Below, piece after piece: positions 21,622 to 33,567 of a stretch of 64,000 nt of DNA. Position 1 is the stretch's first letter. Every line of letters begins with the position of its first letter. The DNA comes from Paramoeba atlantica (lineage: Eukaryota > Protista > Discosea): the NCBI GenBank assembly GCA_977017575.1, contig CDRNVI010000059.1, positions 186,001 to 250,000 of the forward strand, read 5' to 3'. Both the position numbers and the translations under genes were made by a program. Below the pieces are notes generated by a model that had not been told where the DNA came from, ran no database searches, and worked only from the letters and a program-made list of their open reading frames with translations.

Positions 21622-22093
21622 TTTTCGGTGGGGGACCTCAAATTACGAATCGGACCCATGGGCCGAACAAAGGCTAGATTTCTGTCATCATTGAACCAGA
21701 ATTGTACGGTCCCGTGGTCCACCGATATTTTTTCCTCAGTGGTGAAGAGAAGACACTCAGTATTCCACATAAGCCTAAAGAGTTTCACTACTACGACATG
21801 AGTTCGCGCACAAACGTGCATAGACCGATGCCTATCAATGTACACATTAAAGCGCTTCACAGTGCCGCGCAGGTATGCGAAAGATTGATTAAACTTTGCC
21901 TCCTGGATAAGCGTTGGTTGTTTGTGCGCACGCTTGTATTCATTTGGGAATATCGTGTGCGAATTAGCGATATACACAAAAGGTCGCAATAGCGGCATTG
22001 GTTCCTGAGCAACCCACGCATGACTTGGGAATCATGATGGAACAAAACTCTTAGAATCATGTTCTGAGCCAATAGACGGACCATGGTACCATA

Positions 22094-23727
22094 CAGTCCA
22101 GGTATTGGTTTCCCCCCCAGGCTCCTGAGCACACCGTAAGAGCTTTTAACCTAATTCCTTCGGCATTCAACGGATCTCGAAAAAGTAGAGCGTTTCCCGC
22201 CGTTTGTTTGCCCATCACCCCCCCTGGGTTCTGGGTGGGTGTGATCAAAGATGGCAAATTTCAAAAGTAAAAATATTTTTGAAGGGGAGTAAAAAATGAC
22301 AAAAAAGGTGTATGAATTCCTATATTAATACCCACAATGGTCTCCTTGAACGCTCTGCACTATTCGCAAGCGTTTAGGTACTGAATTTATGCAATTTAAG
22401 ACTTGGCGTCGATAAGGATGACGCTTAAGCATCATGAAGGCTTTCTTTATTGCCTTCCGGAGCTGTGTTCCAGTCTCTGGCTTCAGAATTTCTTTCACAA
22501 TTCGGTCCATTATTGACCAAACATTCTCGATCGGATTGAGGTCAGGAGAGAGTGCTGGCCACTCCAATCGAGTAATTCCTTTTTCGAAAAGGACACGCTT
22601 CGTTTTGTTATGCGTGGCCGCATTGTCCATTTGCACAATCGCTTGTTCTCTATTTTCAACTAAATATTCAAGAATACCCCCCCTTTTTGAAAAACACTCA
22701 ACGAGAATCGTTTCACCCTTCACGGAACTTGCATCCCTAATTTTTTTACCTTGCGATTGGGATGAAAACAAATGCAAAAAAGGGCCGTGTTTCACACTCA
22801 TTCCCATCCATACCATGACAACTTTACCACCAAACCATCGGTTGTTTCTCCTCATTTTAATTTTGGTACATCCTTTCTTTCCGATAAAAAAGCGAGAGTA
22901 AGTCTTTGAACCACATGTAAATTTTTTTTCGTCCGTCCAAATTATAGAATCTAATTTTTCTTTGGGAAAGGACAATAAAGACTCTGCTAGACCTAAGCGG
23001 GCCTCTTTGTGATGTTGCTTTAACTCGCAGCTAGGTGCTTTTGCTTGTAGTAGGTAATTTAATGAACGTAGAGTTTACTTTATTGTGCTTAGAGAGCAAT
23101 GAAACCCCTTTTTAATCATTTCGTTATGTACTCAAGGAAAGGATGGGCAGCCATCGATTGTTTTGTTAGCATCGTCAACAACTTTGACGATTGGGGCCCT
23201 GAATGGCTTCGTAGACACAGAGAAACCAGGGCCTGGGTGGGGTTTGGGTTCTAGTGGACTTTTAGACTTCCACGTAGACAGAATTTCGCGGACAGTCTTT
23301 CTGTCCCTGCCAAAATTTTTAGCTAAAGTATAAATCGAATTTCCTTTTCTATATTGGCGGACAATTTCAAGGCGCTCTGGGAGTGCACATCGCGAAGTTT
23401 TATGGGTAATAGGGGGTCTCTTGTTTTTCGGCGAGTTGGAGTACTGACCTTTAGTAGATTTAACGGGGGTATCCCTCAAATTCATAGAATAAGAAACCAT
23501 ATTTAATAAAAAAATCCTAATTTTTTGAAATATTGGATTTTTTTGTTAAAATTACTCTATTTTTTCGTGTGTTTTCAAAATATTTTTGACCCAGGGGGGG
23601 GTGATGGGCAAAAAAACGACGGGAAACGCTCTACTTTTTCGAGATCTGTTGAATGCCGAAGGAATTAGGTCAAAAGCTCTTACGGTGTGCTCAGGAGCCT
23701 GGGGGGGGGAAACCAGTACCTGGACTG
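22094..23727 (-). mobile_element. Tc1/IS630-like DNA transposon, full length (1634 bp), disrupted transposase
   Basis: TA|CAGTCCAGGT ends with TA at 22092-93 and 23728-29, TIRs of ~140 bp. HTH ORF 23132-23500 and DDE ORF 22325-22975 (WTDEKKF, MDNAATH, SPDLNPIEN). Confidence 0.95.
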
Positions 23728-23943
23728 TATATGCTGTATAAACGGAGAAGTGTAAAGAGCGAGGGACTAAAGACGTAAAGAGATGATAGAAGCCACGACA
23801 AAGACTTTTTTTGTATCTTTTTAGAATATTTTTTCGGGAAATCTAATATTCTTTTGTAAAAGGCGAATTCTCCTTCACTTTACCGGAAAACAGAAAGCAA
23901 GCAATTTACGGCTTATGCAATATTCCTTGACTTAAGCAATTCT

Positions 23944-24693
23944 TTGACTTATGCAAAATTCCTTCACTTTGGGCGAGCTAAACTGCCAGACGAATACCAT
24001 TTAGCTCAATTCCTACAGGACATCGACAACAAACATCCCTCCTGGACTACGTGTACTCCCGTATGCAAGTGGGATAAGGTGGAGTGTGATGAGAAAGGTG
24101 AAATTTTTCGAATTAATTGGACGAAGCTCTCTCTCGACGGAATACCACATTGGATTCATATATTGAGTATAAGGTGCACTTTTATACTCCTTGCTGATAA
24201 CAAGCTAAGAAAAGGAATTGTACTAAAATGATTACCCCCGAATATTAGATATTTCGATGGTAGCGGTAACTACTTTGGTGGCAGCTTAAATTTAGAAACA
24301 TTGTCAGAACAACTACAGTTCCTCCATTTAGTTCGCTGCGACTTACGCGGGTTCATTTCTCTTGACACACTGCCTCATGAATTCAAGTCGCTCGTATTAG
24401 GAGGAAATAATCTCCGGGGTCCTCTCGACTTTCGAGCTTTACCAATCACAATTTAGTCGTTGGGCCTCAGTAATAACAACTTCTCGGGACCTGTAGCTTT
24501 CCACGCCCTTCCACATAATGTTTTGCTGTACTTGTACAACAACCCGAATCTCTGGGGTGAATTTGATCCAATACTTTTCAAAAACAACATTATCACTGAT
24601 GGCACACGAATCAAGAAACTCCCGCCTCGCGGTTCTTATCGTTGCTTTTTGCCTCTGCGATACGTTTTTGATTCCGATGTTTGGAATTTTTAG
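23944..24693 (+). pseudogene. LRR family pseudogene
   Basis: One frame with CKWDKVECD cap and LRRs, broken by in-frame TGA (24229-31) and a TAG near 24455. Confidence 0.8.
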
Positions 24694-25074
24694 GAGAAAT
24701 CCAAATTACATTTATTTTCTTCGAATTAATTTGTTTATTTGAATCGCCACCATACATGGCTGGAGTGCTGCGGGGAAGTTCGGTGAAAGGGGTCGTTTCG
24801 ATACACTGAGACCCAATGCTTTATCCACCCCGTAAATGTTTTATTATAAGGGCGATTTTTTCTACTGCTAGTCGGTAGGCATCGCGTGTTTCTTTCGGAT
24901 TAAGATGTGCACGTGCTGCTAAGAAAACGGGAAACCCAAAACAATGATCCTCTGCGGAAAAATTGATATAAACGTTTTATTGCACTTCACGTCCGGTAAT
25001 TATTTTTTTCCCGTAGAAAACCTAGAAACCGTTTTTTCACCTTATTCCTACGCTCCTTTCTCCCTCTCCAAGAA

Positions 25075-26934
25075 ATGCCCCCTACCCGGTTCGACGAGCT
25101 ACCCTTAACCGACGAAACCCTCCGCGGCCTTCACCGGGCCGGGTACGAGCACCTCACCCCCATCCAACGTGACAGTCTCCCCCACGCCCTGGAGGCCACC
25201 CATGACATTGTGGCCTGTGCGAAGACCGGCAGCGGCAAAACGCTGTGTTTTCTTCTCCCCGTGCTGGAGACCCTGGCACGGGAGAGCTGGGTGAACGAGG
25301 ACGGTCTCGCGGCGCTCATCCTCACCCCCACCCGGGAACTCGCGGTACAAATCACAGAGGTGCTGCACAAAGTCGGGAGGTATCATAAAACTTTCTCCTG
25401 TGGACTCGTTACCGGTGGGGTGGGGCTGGAGGCCGAACGCGCCGCGCTTGGGGTGACCTCCATTGTGGTGGCGACCCCCGGTCGACTCCGACAGCACTTG
25501 GATGAGAGTGTGGAGCTACGCACGGAGCATCTTAAGGTACTTGTACTGGATGAGGCGGACCGTTTACTGGATGCGGGATTCCGAAAGGAGATGGAGGCGA
25601 TTTTTGAACACCTTCCCCAGCCTGTCGAACGAACCGAGAGCGCGTCCACAGAGGCTGGATTCGATCAGGACTCCCACACACGCCAGACACTGCTCTTCTC
25701 CGCTACGTTTGGGCTTGACGTTGTGATTCCCCCAATGCTAGGGTTACGTAGCCCCACCTACCTCAACGTAACGCACAACCCCGCCACACGCGCTACCCCC
25801 TCCCGGCTATGTGAAACCTTTATCGTTCTCCCCCTGGAGGAGAAACTTAGTTTTATCTATAGTTTTCTTCTTTCTCACCCCCGGCAAAAGGTCATGGTGT
25901 TTGCCTCGACGTGTCACCAGGTGAAATTTCTCTACCTTGTGCTTAGCCGGGCGTTAAAACAGCGAGGGGTCTCCTGTGCCTGTTTAACGGGTAAGATGAA
26001 ACAAACCCAGCGCCAGGACGTCTTCCGGGTGTTCTGTCATAAACCCGGGATGGTTTTATTTTGTACCGACGTGGCGTGCCGAGGGCTGGACTTTCCAGCG
26101 GTCCATTGGGTGGTCCATTTGGATTGCCCGGACTCGGTACAAACGTATATTCATCGCGTAGGACGCACCGCTCGAGCAGGACACGCCGGAAGCAGCGTGC
26201 TGTATCTCACTCCGAGCGAGACGGACATGTTGTATTATCTCCATGAAGGAAATAGTAAATTACGGGAGATTACGGTGCAAGGGAGTCGGTGGCATTCGGT
26301 CCAAGAGGAGGTGGTAGGCGCCGTGGCGTCTGGGTTGAAAAGAGAAGCACGGAAGGCGTTTGTGAGTTATTTGAGGCATCTAAGCTTCTCGGAGAACCCT
26401 ACGGTGTTGAATGTCGGGGCCGTCGAAGTGGGGAGCTTTGCCCGCTCTCTTGGGCTGCATAGTGTTCCGAGGCTCACATCGTTGAGGTTAGGGGTGCGCA
26501 CGAAGAAGAATTTGCCGTGGGTCGAGGTCAATGCGAGTTCGTCACGCGCCCCTTTTCTTACTTTAGAGACGGATTGGGGACATGAAAACTTCGCAGAGAA
26601 AGTGCAGGAAAGTGGTTTTTCATTGACTCACGAGGTTAACATGGGTGATCAAAGTCTCAGAGATAAAGAACAAGCAAAGAACACTCAAGAGGACACCGAG
26701 GATATTTTACAACCGATGGGGGCCGTTACGGCGGAGACTATAGAGGCTCATCGAAATGCGGAGTCAAGGAATGACAAACCGAGTCATCCTACGGCAAGAA
26801 AGCGTCCGCATTCGATGCAACTTTCCGATTTATCTAAGAAAGCACAAGCAAAGTTCAAAGGTGTCGATGGTGTGGACGTGAGCGTTGCCCAGTACGGCTT
26901 GGGAACCCACAAAACCTTTGATGAATCCGACTGA
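25075..26934 (+). CDS. DBP4: DEAD-box RNA helicase DBP4/DDX10
   Basis: Q motif TPIQ, AKTGSGKT, PTRELA, TPGR, DEAD, SAT, HRVGRTAR, plus the DBP4-typical DGLAALILTPTRELAVQI.EVL..VG. Confidence 0.85.
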   Translation: MPPTRFDELPLTDETLRGLHRAGYEHLTPIQRDSLPHALEATHDIVACAKTGSGKTLCFLLPVLETLARESWVNEDGLAALILTPTRELAVQITEVLHKVGRYHKTFSCGLVTGGVGLEAERAALGVTSIVVATPGRLRQHLDESVELRTEHLKVLVLDEADRLLDAGFRKEMEAIFEHLPQPVERTESASTEAGFDQDSHTRQTLLFSATFGLDVVIPPMLGLRSPTYLNVTHNPATRATPSRLCETFIVLPLEEKLSFIYSFLLSHPRQKVMVFASTCHQVKFLYLVLSRALKQRGVSCACLTGKMKQTQRQDVFRVFCHKPGMVLFCTDVACRGLDFPAVHWVVHLDCPDSVQTYIHRVGRTARAGHAGSSVLYLTPSETDMLYYLHEGNSKLREITVQGSRWHSVQEEVVGAVASGLKREARKAFVSYLRHLSFSENPTVLNVGAVEVGSFARSLGLHSVPRLTSLRLGVRTKKNLPWVEVNASSSRAPFLTLETDWGHENFAEKVQESGFSLTHEVNMGDQSLRDKEQAKNTQEDTEDILQPMGAVTAETIEAHRNAESRNDKPSHPTARKRPHSMQLSDLSKKAQAKFKGVDGVDVSVAQYGLGTHKTFDESD

Positions 26935-27102
26935 ACCGCCCCATTTAGAAAACCAAGTATACGTACACCTTATTTCTTTCTCAATATTTTCTTATACGTT
27001 CGCTTTAGCATTTCTTCTCCATCGAGCGCACCATCCATCTCTCCTTTCTCACCATCCACCCCTCTTCTTCCCCTACCCCCTTTTTTCTCCCCCCTTCTTC
27101 CC

Positions 27103-28710
27103 ATGGACCCCCCACCCCCCCTCCCCCCTCTCACATGCAACACCCTCCGCTCCTCGACCTGGACCGATCTCACCTCCACTCTGTTTCAAAACCGTACCCT
27201 CCTGGACCCTTGCGCGTCCCCCGACCGCGCGGCCCGGACCACGCAAGAGATGTGGGGCCTCCTTAACGAGACCGCGCATCGATCTGGGCTCCCGGCCCCG
27301 CTCCAGGGCGCGCTTACCACATTCTTAAGCAGTGAAATCGGGCTCTTTGGCCCGGCCACAAAAGGACACGGGGAAGAGGATTTACGCACCGAGCTCCACA
27401 GCCTCCTTACGGAGCCCAAACCCTCTGAAACGGGGAAATCGACGTTGTTGTATGTCGCGTTGGTGCGCTGGTCCCTGGGTCGTCCCCATGCAAGGACTGT
27501 GCATACGTTGCAAGCCCCCCCGAGTCGGTGGGAAGAGGACGAGTCTGCGGTCCAGGAGTTGTTAAACTTTTTAGAACAGCTCATGGGAGAGCTCGAAAAT
27601 GTGGTCCAGAAAAATAAAAAGCTCATGGGTAGAGTGATGGCATCACTGAGTACCACGACGCTGTCACCCGAGGGGAAACGGGTGTTGGAGAGCGGGTGGC
27701 CACTACCGTGTCGGAGTTGTCCGGATTCGATCTTTCCTCCGGGGGAGTGTCTGGGGAAAACCGTCGCGCTGGAGTGGGATGCGACAGGAAATCGGTTTGT
27801 CGCATCGGAAAACCAAAGCGTGAAGCAGAAGGCGCGTTCTCCAGTAAAACGCAGACGATCGGAAATGAAGGATTCTAGAGAACAAAGCAAAGAGCGTAAC
27901 AAGCCTACAAAGGAGTCTTCGGATTATAAAACGCTCGAAGGTACGTGCTTAGAGCTCGATCCTACGCGATGGGTAGAGTCCGTGTTTGTGCTTGGACTGG
28001 TCGTTTTGGAAAAATCGTGGAAAATTACAGCGTCTCCCAATCCCTTGCGACTTTCATTGACGCTAATTCTCCGTGCTATTGGGAAGTTGTTCCAGCTGGT
28101 ACAGGCCCCGTTATTTTACTTTCACATTATCATGCAGTACCCAAGTTGGTTTTCCGTAGACACCAACGAGGGTCCCTCGTTGTTCCAGTCACCGAAAGAG
28201 GCCGAAGGGAACACTTTAGAACGGCTCGAGCAGATCGAAGGAAAATGTGCCGAACATGAAAACAAACAAACACGCAGTGAGTCAGATGAGCGATCGAAAC
28301 CTTCGGAAAGTTTAGAACATATTTTCGCCACGAGCCCTAGCGGTACGGACACTGCTACCCGGCTCGCAAACACAGTGAGAGGACTTACGCAGCCGATAGA
28401 GGATTCTAAGCAATGGCACGAGGAGCACGCAGGAGAGGAGGATACATTTAACATGTACGACCCCATCGCTTGGCCCACTCGGAGAGAATATGGGTACTAC
28501 CAAGCGATGAGGACCTTACTGGAAGTTTCTACTTCCAATAATTGTGAAGTAAATACAATGAATGATGTATTTCAAACTACTTCTGTTCTCTCGCGCGCTG
28601 TGAACATAAAGGATGACCTTGCGTTACCTACTTCATTATCCTCATCGGAGCTATCTTCAATGGAGTCTCTGTTATGGGATTTGAGGCAAAAACTTCCCGC
28701 TGAAGTGTAG
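27103..28710 (+). CDS. hypothetical protein
   Basis: 535-aa ATG ORF, co-directional, no family recognised. Confidence 0.75.
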   Translation: MDPPPPLPPLTCNTLRSSTWTDLTSTLFQNRTLLDPCASPDRAARTTQEMWGLLNETAHRSGLPAPLQGALTTFLSSEIGLFGPATKGHGEEDLRTELHSLLTEPKPSETGKSTLLYVALVRWSLGRPHARTVHTLQAPPSRWEEDESAVQELLNFLEQLMGELENVVQKNKKLMGRVMASLSTTTLSPEGKRVLESGWPLPCRSCPDSIFPPGECLGKTVALEWDATGNRFVASENQSVKQKARSPVKRRRSEMKDSREQSKERNKPTKESSDYKTLEGTCLELDPTRWVESVFVLGLVVLEKSWKITASPNPLRLSLTLILRAIGKLFQLVQAPLFYFHIIMQYPSWFSVDTNEGPSLFQSPKEAEGNTLERLEQIEGKCAEHENKQTRSESDERSKPSESLEHIFATSPSGTDTATRLANTVRGLTQPIEDSKQWHEEHAGEEDTFNMYDPIAWPTRREYGYYQAMRTLLEVSTSNNCEVNTMNDVFQTTSVLSRAVNIKDDLALPTSLSSSELSSMESLLWDLRQKLPAEV

Positions 28711-28863
28711 ACCAGAATCTGGACCTGTTCATTTATCTATCAACGCAACGTACTCATATTGTGCATTGTTGACTCATTATAAGGTACTTCCTAAGTAGCG
28801 CCATAAATGTAGACGCCGTCTTTCATATTTTCATAGAATTTAAATATAAATCACGCACAAATT

Positions 28864-29736
28864 ATGGACTTCTATCCTGGCCGATATTACACTCGCTTTC
28901 GCATTCCCAATCTGAAGGGTATCACAGGACATAATCTTTCAGTACTTCTACATAGTAACGGATTAGCTCTACTTTGCATTGATCCGACACACGTATTATT
29001 TACCGATCTAGACATTCAACCCCCGCAGACTACTCTAGGGGACCACACGGTACTCCCCAAGGAACGAGAAAACTCATGCAATATTGTTTTTGAAGATGTT
29101 TGGAGATCCTATGTCTCCTCGTGTGATATGCCTGCATCCATTGAGCACGATGAAGAGAAGCCAAGGCTTACAAAAAAGAAACGAGCCCGTCTCTCTCTTT
29201 GTCATGTAGGCACTAAACTGGGCGCGCTGCGCGTCCAGCAAATGCGTACTTTTGTCCGAACTCGTGAGGCAAATGCTTTTGCAGCTGAAACCTGTCAAGA
29301 TAATGAAAGTTTATTCAAAGACGTGAAGAATGAAACACAACGTACGGCAAACGTAGACTCATGTGTATCGCACTCTGTTGAATGGACTGAGTACCCTTTA
29401 GTAGCAGGAATGACATGCCACTTAATGGAGCTAAACAGAAATTTGCTGGAAAACCCATCGTGGATAATAACTCATCCCTTTACGAAGGGGTATCTGGCAA
29501 TTCTGAATCCAACATTTAAAGTTTCTCAGCAGCTCTCGCACATGGTAGAGCACTGGTGCACTGAAGCAGATGCGCGGCGTTCCGAAATCGGAGAAATACG
29601 TGAAGAAATATTTCAAGATGCATACCATAGCAAAGAAGAACGTATCGCACGGAAGGGAGTCTCTTTTCCAGAGCTTGAGAAGTGGCAACTTACAGCCAAA
29701 CGGAATGCCCCGGAAATGCATTACTTTGAATCTTGA
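28864..29736 (+). CDS. ABITRAM: ABITRAM/FAM206A (Simiate)-like protein with GCV-H-like fold
   Basis: RYYTRF...VLLHSNGLALLC..PTH and LMELNRNLLENPSWI...PFTKGYLAIL. Confidence 0.7.
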   Translation: MDFYPGRYYTRFRIPNLKGITGHNLSVLLHSNGLALLCIDPTHVLFTDLDIQPPQTTLGDHTVLPKERENSCNIVFEDVWRSYVSSCDMPASIEHDEEKPRLTKKKRARLSLCHVGTKLGALRVQQMRTFVRTREANAFAAETCQDNESLFKDVKNETQRTANVDSCVSHSVEWTEYPLVAGMTCHLMELNRNLLENPSWIITHPFTKGYLAILNPTFKVSQQLSHMVEHWCTEADARRSEIGEIREEIFQDAYHSKEERIARKGVSFPELEKWQLTAKRNAPEMHYFES

Positions 29737-29903
29737 AACAGGAATACAACTGCATATTTTAGCTCTATGAAACAAAAAAAATTAGCTTGAATTTGGTGAT
29801 GGTGGCCTATTATATTTAACGACCTACATAAATGGGTAAATCACTAGTAATAATTATGCGTCCTTTAAAAAAATCAACGTTCATTATTTACGTTAATATC
29901 GCA

Positions 29904-30578
29904 ATGATTTCACCTTGCATACATTTCAGTGTTGTTCGAACTGCCGACTCGTCATATCGACCGAGCAAAGTTCATGGCGCCGTTTTGCCCCAAGAATATA
30001 CTTTATTACAATTCTTGGGCAAAATTGATTTGAGTGAAGCATCTTGGAGCACTCAGACCCCAGCATGTGAATGGAAATACGTCATATGCAATGAAGAATT
30101 GGAGGTAACTCATATACATTGGGATTACCTCCCTACCAACTTGTGTTTTTCCAAAGTGTGTCTTACGAATGTTCTTCAAGGCGAGCTTCTCTGGCAGTAC
30201 TTACCCCACACTTTGATACATTTTTCAGCTCAATGTCACGGTATCACTGGACCAATAGATTTTTCTGTGTTACCTTCAAAGCTAGTAAATTTTTATATCG
30301 GCTCTAACAAGTGTGATGGGTCGCTAGATCTTTCTCACTTGCCATCTAGTCTTAACGTATTATTTCTAAGTCATAACAAATTTACTGGTGAGATCGATCT
30401 GACGTGTCTACCTGGGTCGATTTCTGAGGTACACGTGAGAGACAATAGGCTATACGGGGCGTTAAATTTCAGCAAACTTCCAAGGAGCCTACGGGGACTG
30501 GACCTTTCAAATAATTGTTTTGTAGTACCTGAGCATGTGCCAGATGTCGTTATTATTGGACTGCAGAACACATTGTGA
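29904..30578 (+). CDS. LRR family protein
   Basis: TADSSYRPSKVHGAVLPQEY leader, CEWKYVICN cap, LFLSHNKFTGEIDLTCLPGS repeats. Alternative start 29832. Confidence 0.85.
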   Translation: MISPCIHFSVVRTADSSYRPSKVHGAVLPQEYTLLQFLGKIDLSEASWSTQTPACEWKYVICNEELEVTHIHWDYLPTNLCFSKVCLTNVLQGELLWQYLPHTLIHFSAQCHGITGPIDFSVLPSKLVNFYIGSNKCDGSLDLSHLPSSLNVLFLSHNKFTGEIDLTCLPGSISEVHVRDNRLYGALNFSKLPRSLRGLDLSNNCFVVPEHVPDVVIIGLQNTL

Positions 30579-30780
30579 ATCAAATTACTGTATCCCCTAC
30601 TTAAGTGTCACCGGTCTACCCCCCCTCTTTAATTGTACTTTTTGACGGGTCCCTGGGTACATCCAGGAAACGTACCAAAATAGGGGCGGGGGTCAATGGG
30701 TTCGGGGGATGAAACGAAAGAAGGATTCATACAGTTATACTGTAGAGATTAAGTCAAATAGCCTGGGATCACACAATATA

Positions 30781-31673
30781 CACCCATGGACAGAAGTGTG
30801 CCCCCGGCCTGGCAAATGCCATTTGTTTTATCCGTTTTTGCTCATTTTTGCAGCATTCGAGAGATCTCGTTCCCCTAGCGAAGAGCTTTGCCGCCTTTTT
30901 TTCATAGGGGACCCCCTGGTGCTCTGGTGGTGACCCCAAAGTAGGCCAAAAACAAAAAATGGTACATTAGACATCCAGAAAAAAAAATCACCCTTTCAAT
31001 GATAAAATGAGAAAAAAGGAAGAAGTATCAATATCCGCAGTGCTCCCCATTGGTCTGAATAACTATTTGCATACGTTTGGGAACAGAATTGATGGAATTC
31101 AACACTTTCAAGGGCTTTATGCCGTTCGGTGAGGTCACGGTTCCGTACCTTGGCCATCCTCGTGTACCCTGAGTTATGTAATACACGAAAGACTTTCTTA
31201 ATGGAACAATTGTACCCTTTCCTTTTTAATTGATCATGAACCAAGTTGTACGTCAAGCAACCCTCTTCCTTTGTATTTTCCTTATTAACTATTGATTTCA
31301 CCTTTGATACAAATCTTTTTGAAGGCTTTGGCCTACCTGATTTCAGTGGAGATGACAATTCATTACCTTGTTTTGAGAGATTAATAAATTTTCTAATTGT
31401 ACGGCGGTCACGACCAAAGTTTTAATGAAGTTGGGTGACGCTGACGCCAGATTTATGCTGTTTAACTATCTCTGTTCTCTCCGAAATCGACAAAGCGATG
31501 TTTCGTTTGTGACTTATACGAGGCGGGGTCCTCATGAAGAAAAAACAGGGAGAAAAAAGGATGATATACTAGAAAAATTGACTGTGTTCCGAAAAAATGG
31601 GTAAAAAAAACATGTTTTTTGGACCCAGGGGGTACCAGGGGGTCCCTATGAAAAAAAGGCGGCAAAGCTCTTC
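30781..31673 (-). mobile_element. internally deleted Tc1-like element
   Basis: Inverted repeat gaagagctttgccgccttttttcataggg at 30880 and ending 31673, putative outer end TA|CACCCATGGACAGAAGT. Minus-strand HTH ERTEIVKQHKSGVS...NFGRDRRTIR is homologous to 23132-23500. Confidence 0.7.
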
Positions 31674-33251
31674 TCCTGCATATTCTCCTCCCATGGGCAA
31701 GTTAGTTCAATAATGAACTCTTTCCCGTCCCTTAGCTTTACCCACCCGTCCGGACGCAGCATACCATCATTGTCGGCTAGCCACGTTGGAGGGCGTCGCA
31801 TGCCAGGTAGGTCGAAATGAGAGAGCTTTATGGGGGGACTCGCTTACATGGTAAGCTAGGGCCCGTAAGATGAAGTCGTGTCTGAAAGTGTAACGCCCTT
31901 GATCTAGAGCAACTCGGCATCCCGCGAGAATGTGCCTTGGGGTTTGTACCTCTGTCTTGCATAGCGGGTATTTGGTGTCTGTGTGGGTTGATATGCCCCA
32001 GTGGTGAATTGCAGCCCTGGTAGGTAGCGGGGCCTGTGTGAGGACAGGAGACAAATCGCGTCAGGTGCGTCGACCTGATGTTACACAGGTCGGCTGCCGG
32101 GCGCACATGCCCGCGTGAACGCTGCCTTTTCTCGTTCTCAATTTTAATTCGCAATGCGTGCCGCACCGCCGGATCCCGAGAAGCATTCATTTGATTTAGG
32201 TTTTGGGCTGTGCAGTGTAGCCACAATTTGGACAGGCTCATGAGGGCCCAACCACGTTCAGAGTAAAGGAGCTCACTCGTTGAGGTTTTAGCGATATTTA
32301 GCCACTTTCGGATGTGCCGGGTTGCTAGTTTCTGCAGTCGGAGCATATGAGTAAAAGAAAGTCTGGGGTTGACTGTTAGTACATAGCGCAAGCGAGCAAT
32401 GATGGCGTGATTGTATATCCAAAGCTTAGCGGATGGGTCGTGAGCGCTCTCAGAGATTCTGCTCAACCAACCTGATAGTTTTTCCTTAACTTTGAAAGGT
32501 AATTTTGCCTTGTTGTGCGCCGGGTGCCAGTGTCATGCCCAAAAACATACTCCCTTTATCGCATATGTGAGGAATAGGCGTGCCTTTGGCCATAATCTGC
32601 GGGCGTCTGGTCATATATCCACTGCCTGTTGCCACGGACATGTGCTGAACTCTGCATTTCCCAATGTTCAGTGTCAGCCCCAATCTCGAAAGTGCTGTTG
32701 TTAGGGCGTGGACTGCCTGTTGCATTTCCTGAGGTGTGTTTGTAAGGAATGTAATGTCGTCCGCGTACGCTTTCTGAAAGACTGTCCCGTCATCCCATTT
32801 CACTCCGTATCGAGGACAACTGGCCCGTACGTAGCTTAGTGCAAACTCGATGCATGGGTTGAAAAGAGTAGGAGAAAGAGTGTCACCTTGAAGGATTCCT
32901 CGGCCTACCGGTATTGGTTTGCTTAGTCCTTCTGAACAACATACTTGAAGGCTGGAATTGTCATACAAGGATGCATCATACGACCTAATTACTGTTGGGG
33001 CTCGAATCCAATTCAGGGAGTCATGAATAACATCGTGCGAAAGCGATCCGAAGGCGTTCTTCAAATCAAATTGTGCAAGACAGTACTGATTTTTGTTGCG
33101 TCGCTGCTGGGTAAGAATTTCACATAGCGTTTGTGTGTGTTCAATGGTTCCATTCATACGTGAGAGAAAGCCCTTTTGCACTGATGTGTTTATGTACCCT
33201 GTGGACGTGACATGCGCGAGAATACGATGGCTTATTATTGAGTGCAGGATC
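31674..33251 (-). mobile_element. R2/NeSL/R4-like non-LTR retrotransposon relic (RT, CCHC, REL endonuclease), truncated at both ends
   Basis: RT motifs QKGF, DLKNAFGS, GILQGDTLSP, AYADD; knuckle T.RHILAGC...RHD; REL motif LRPDGW...IELTCPWEEN. Frameshifted. Confidence 0.9.
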
Positions 33252-33564
33252 TGTTCTACTGGCACTCCAGGAAGAACTTGTTAGTTTGATGATTCGAAGA
33301 TGCCAGAGCAACATTTGAGTAATCTAAAGTAAATTACATCGCTTTTGGAATTGTCTCGATACATAATAATGCATATAAAGAATATATCTGAGCATATAAA
33401 GAATGTATCTGTTCTACTGGCACCCCGAGAAGAACTTGTCAGTTCTTTGATTCGAAGATGTTAGAGCAACATTCGAGTAATGTAGAGTAAACTACATCGC
33501 TTTTGGAATTATCTCAGCACATAATAATGCACGTAAGGAACTTTACGCATAAAGAATTTTAGAA
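33249..33564 (+). repeat. two 158-bp tandem units starting with a relic of the adjacent LRR gene 5' region
   Basis: atctgttctactggcac at 33249 and 33407. The units translate LLALQEELVS, similar to LLAPQEELMS in 33568-34386. Confidence 0.8.
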
Positions 33565-33567
33565 CAA

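Noticed and set aside
21618-21998. 126-aa minus-strand ORF convergent with the ABC gene
   Set aside because: Antisense to the cluster, no recognisable motif, and a competing plus-strand ORF of similar size; cannot be supported as a gene.
797-24460. In-frame stops in the CRE-like ORF and the LRR at 23944 suggesting stop-codon reassignment (Blastocrithidia-like)
   Set aside because: All long housekeeping ORFs are stop-free and end with TAA, TAG or TGA; in-frame stops are confined to relics, so they are nonsense mutations.
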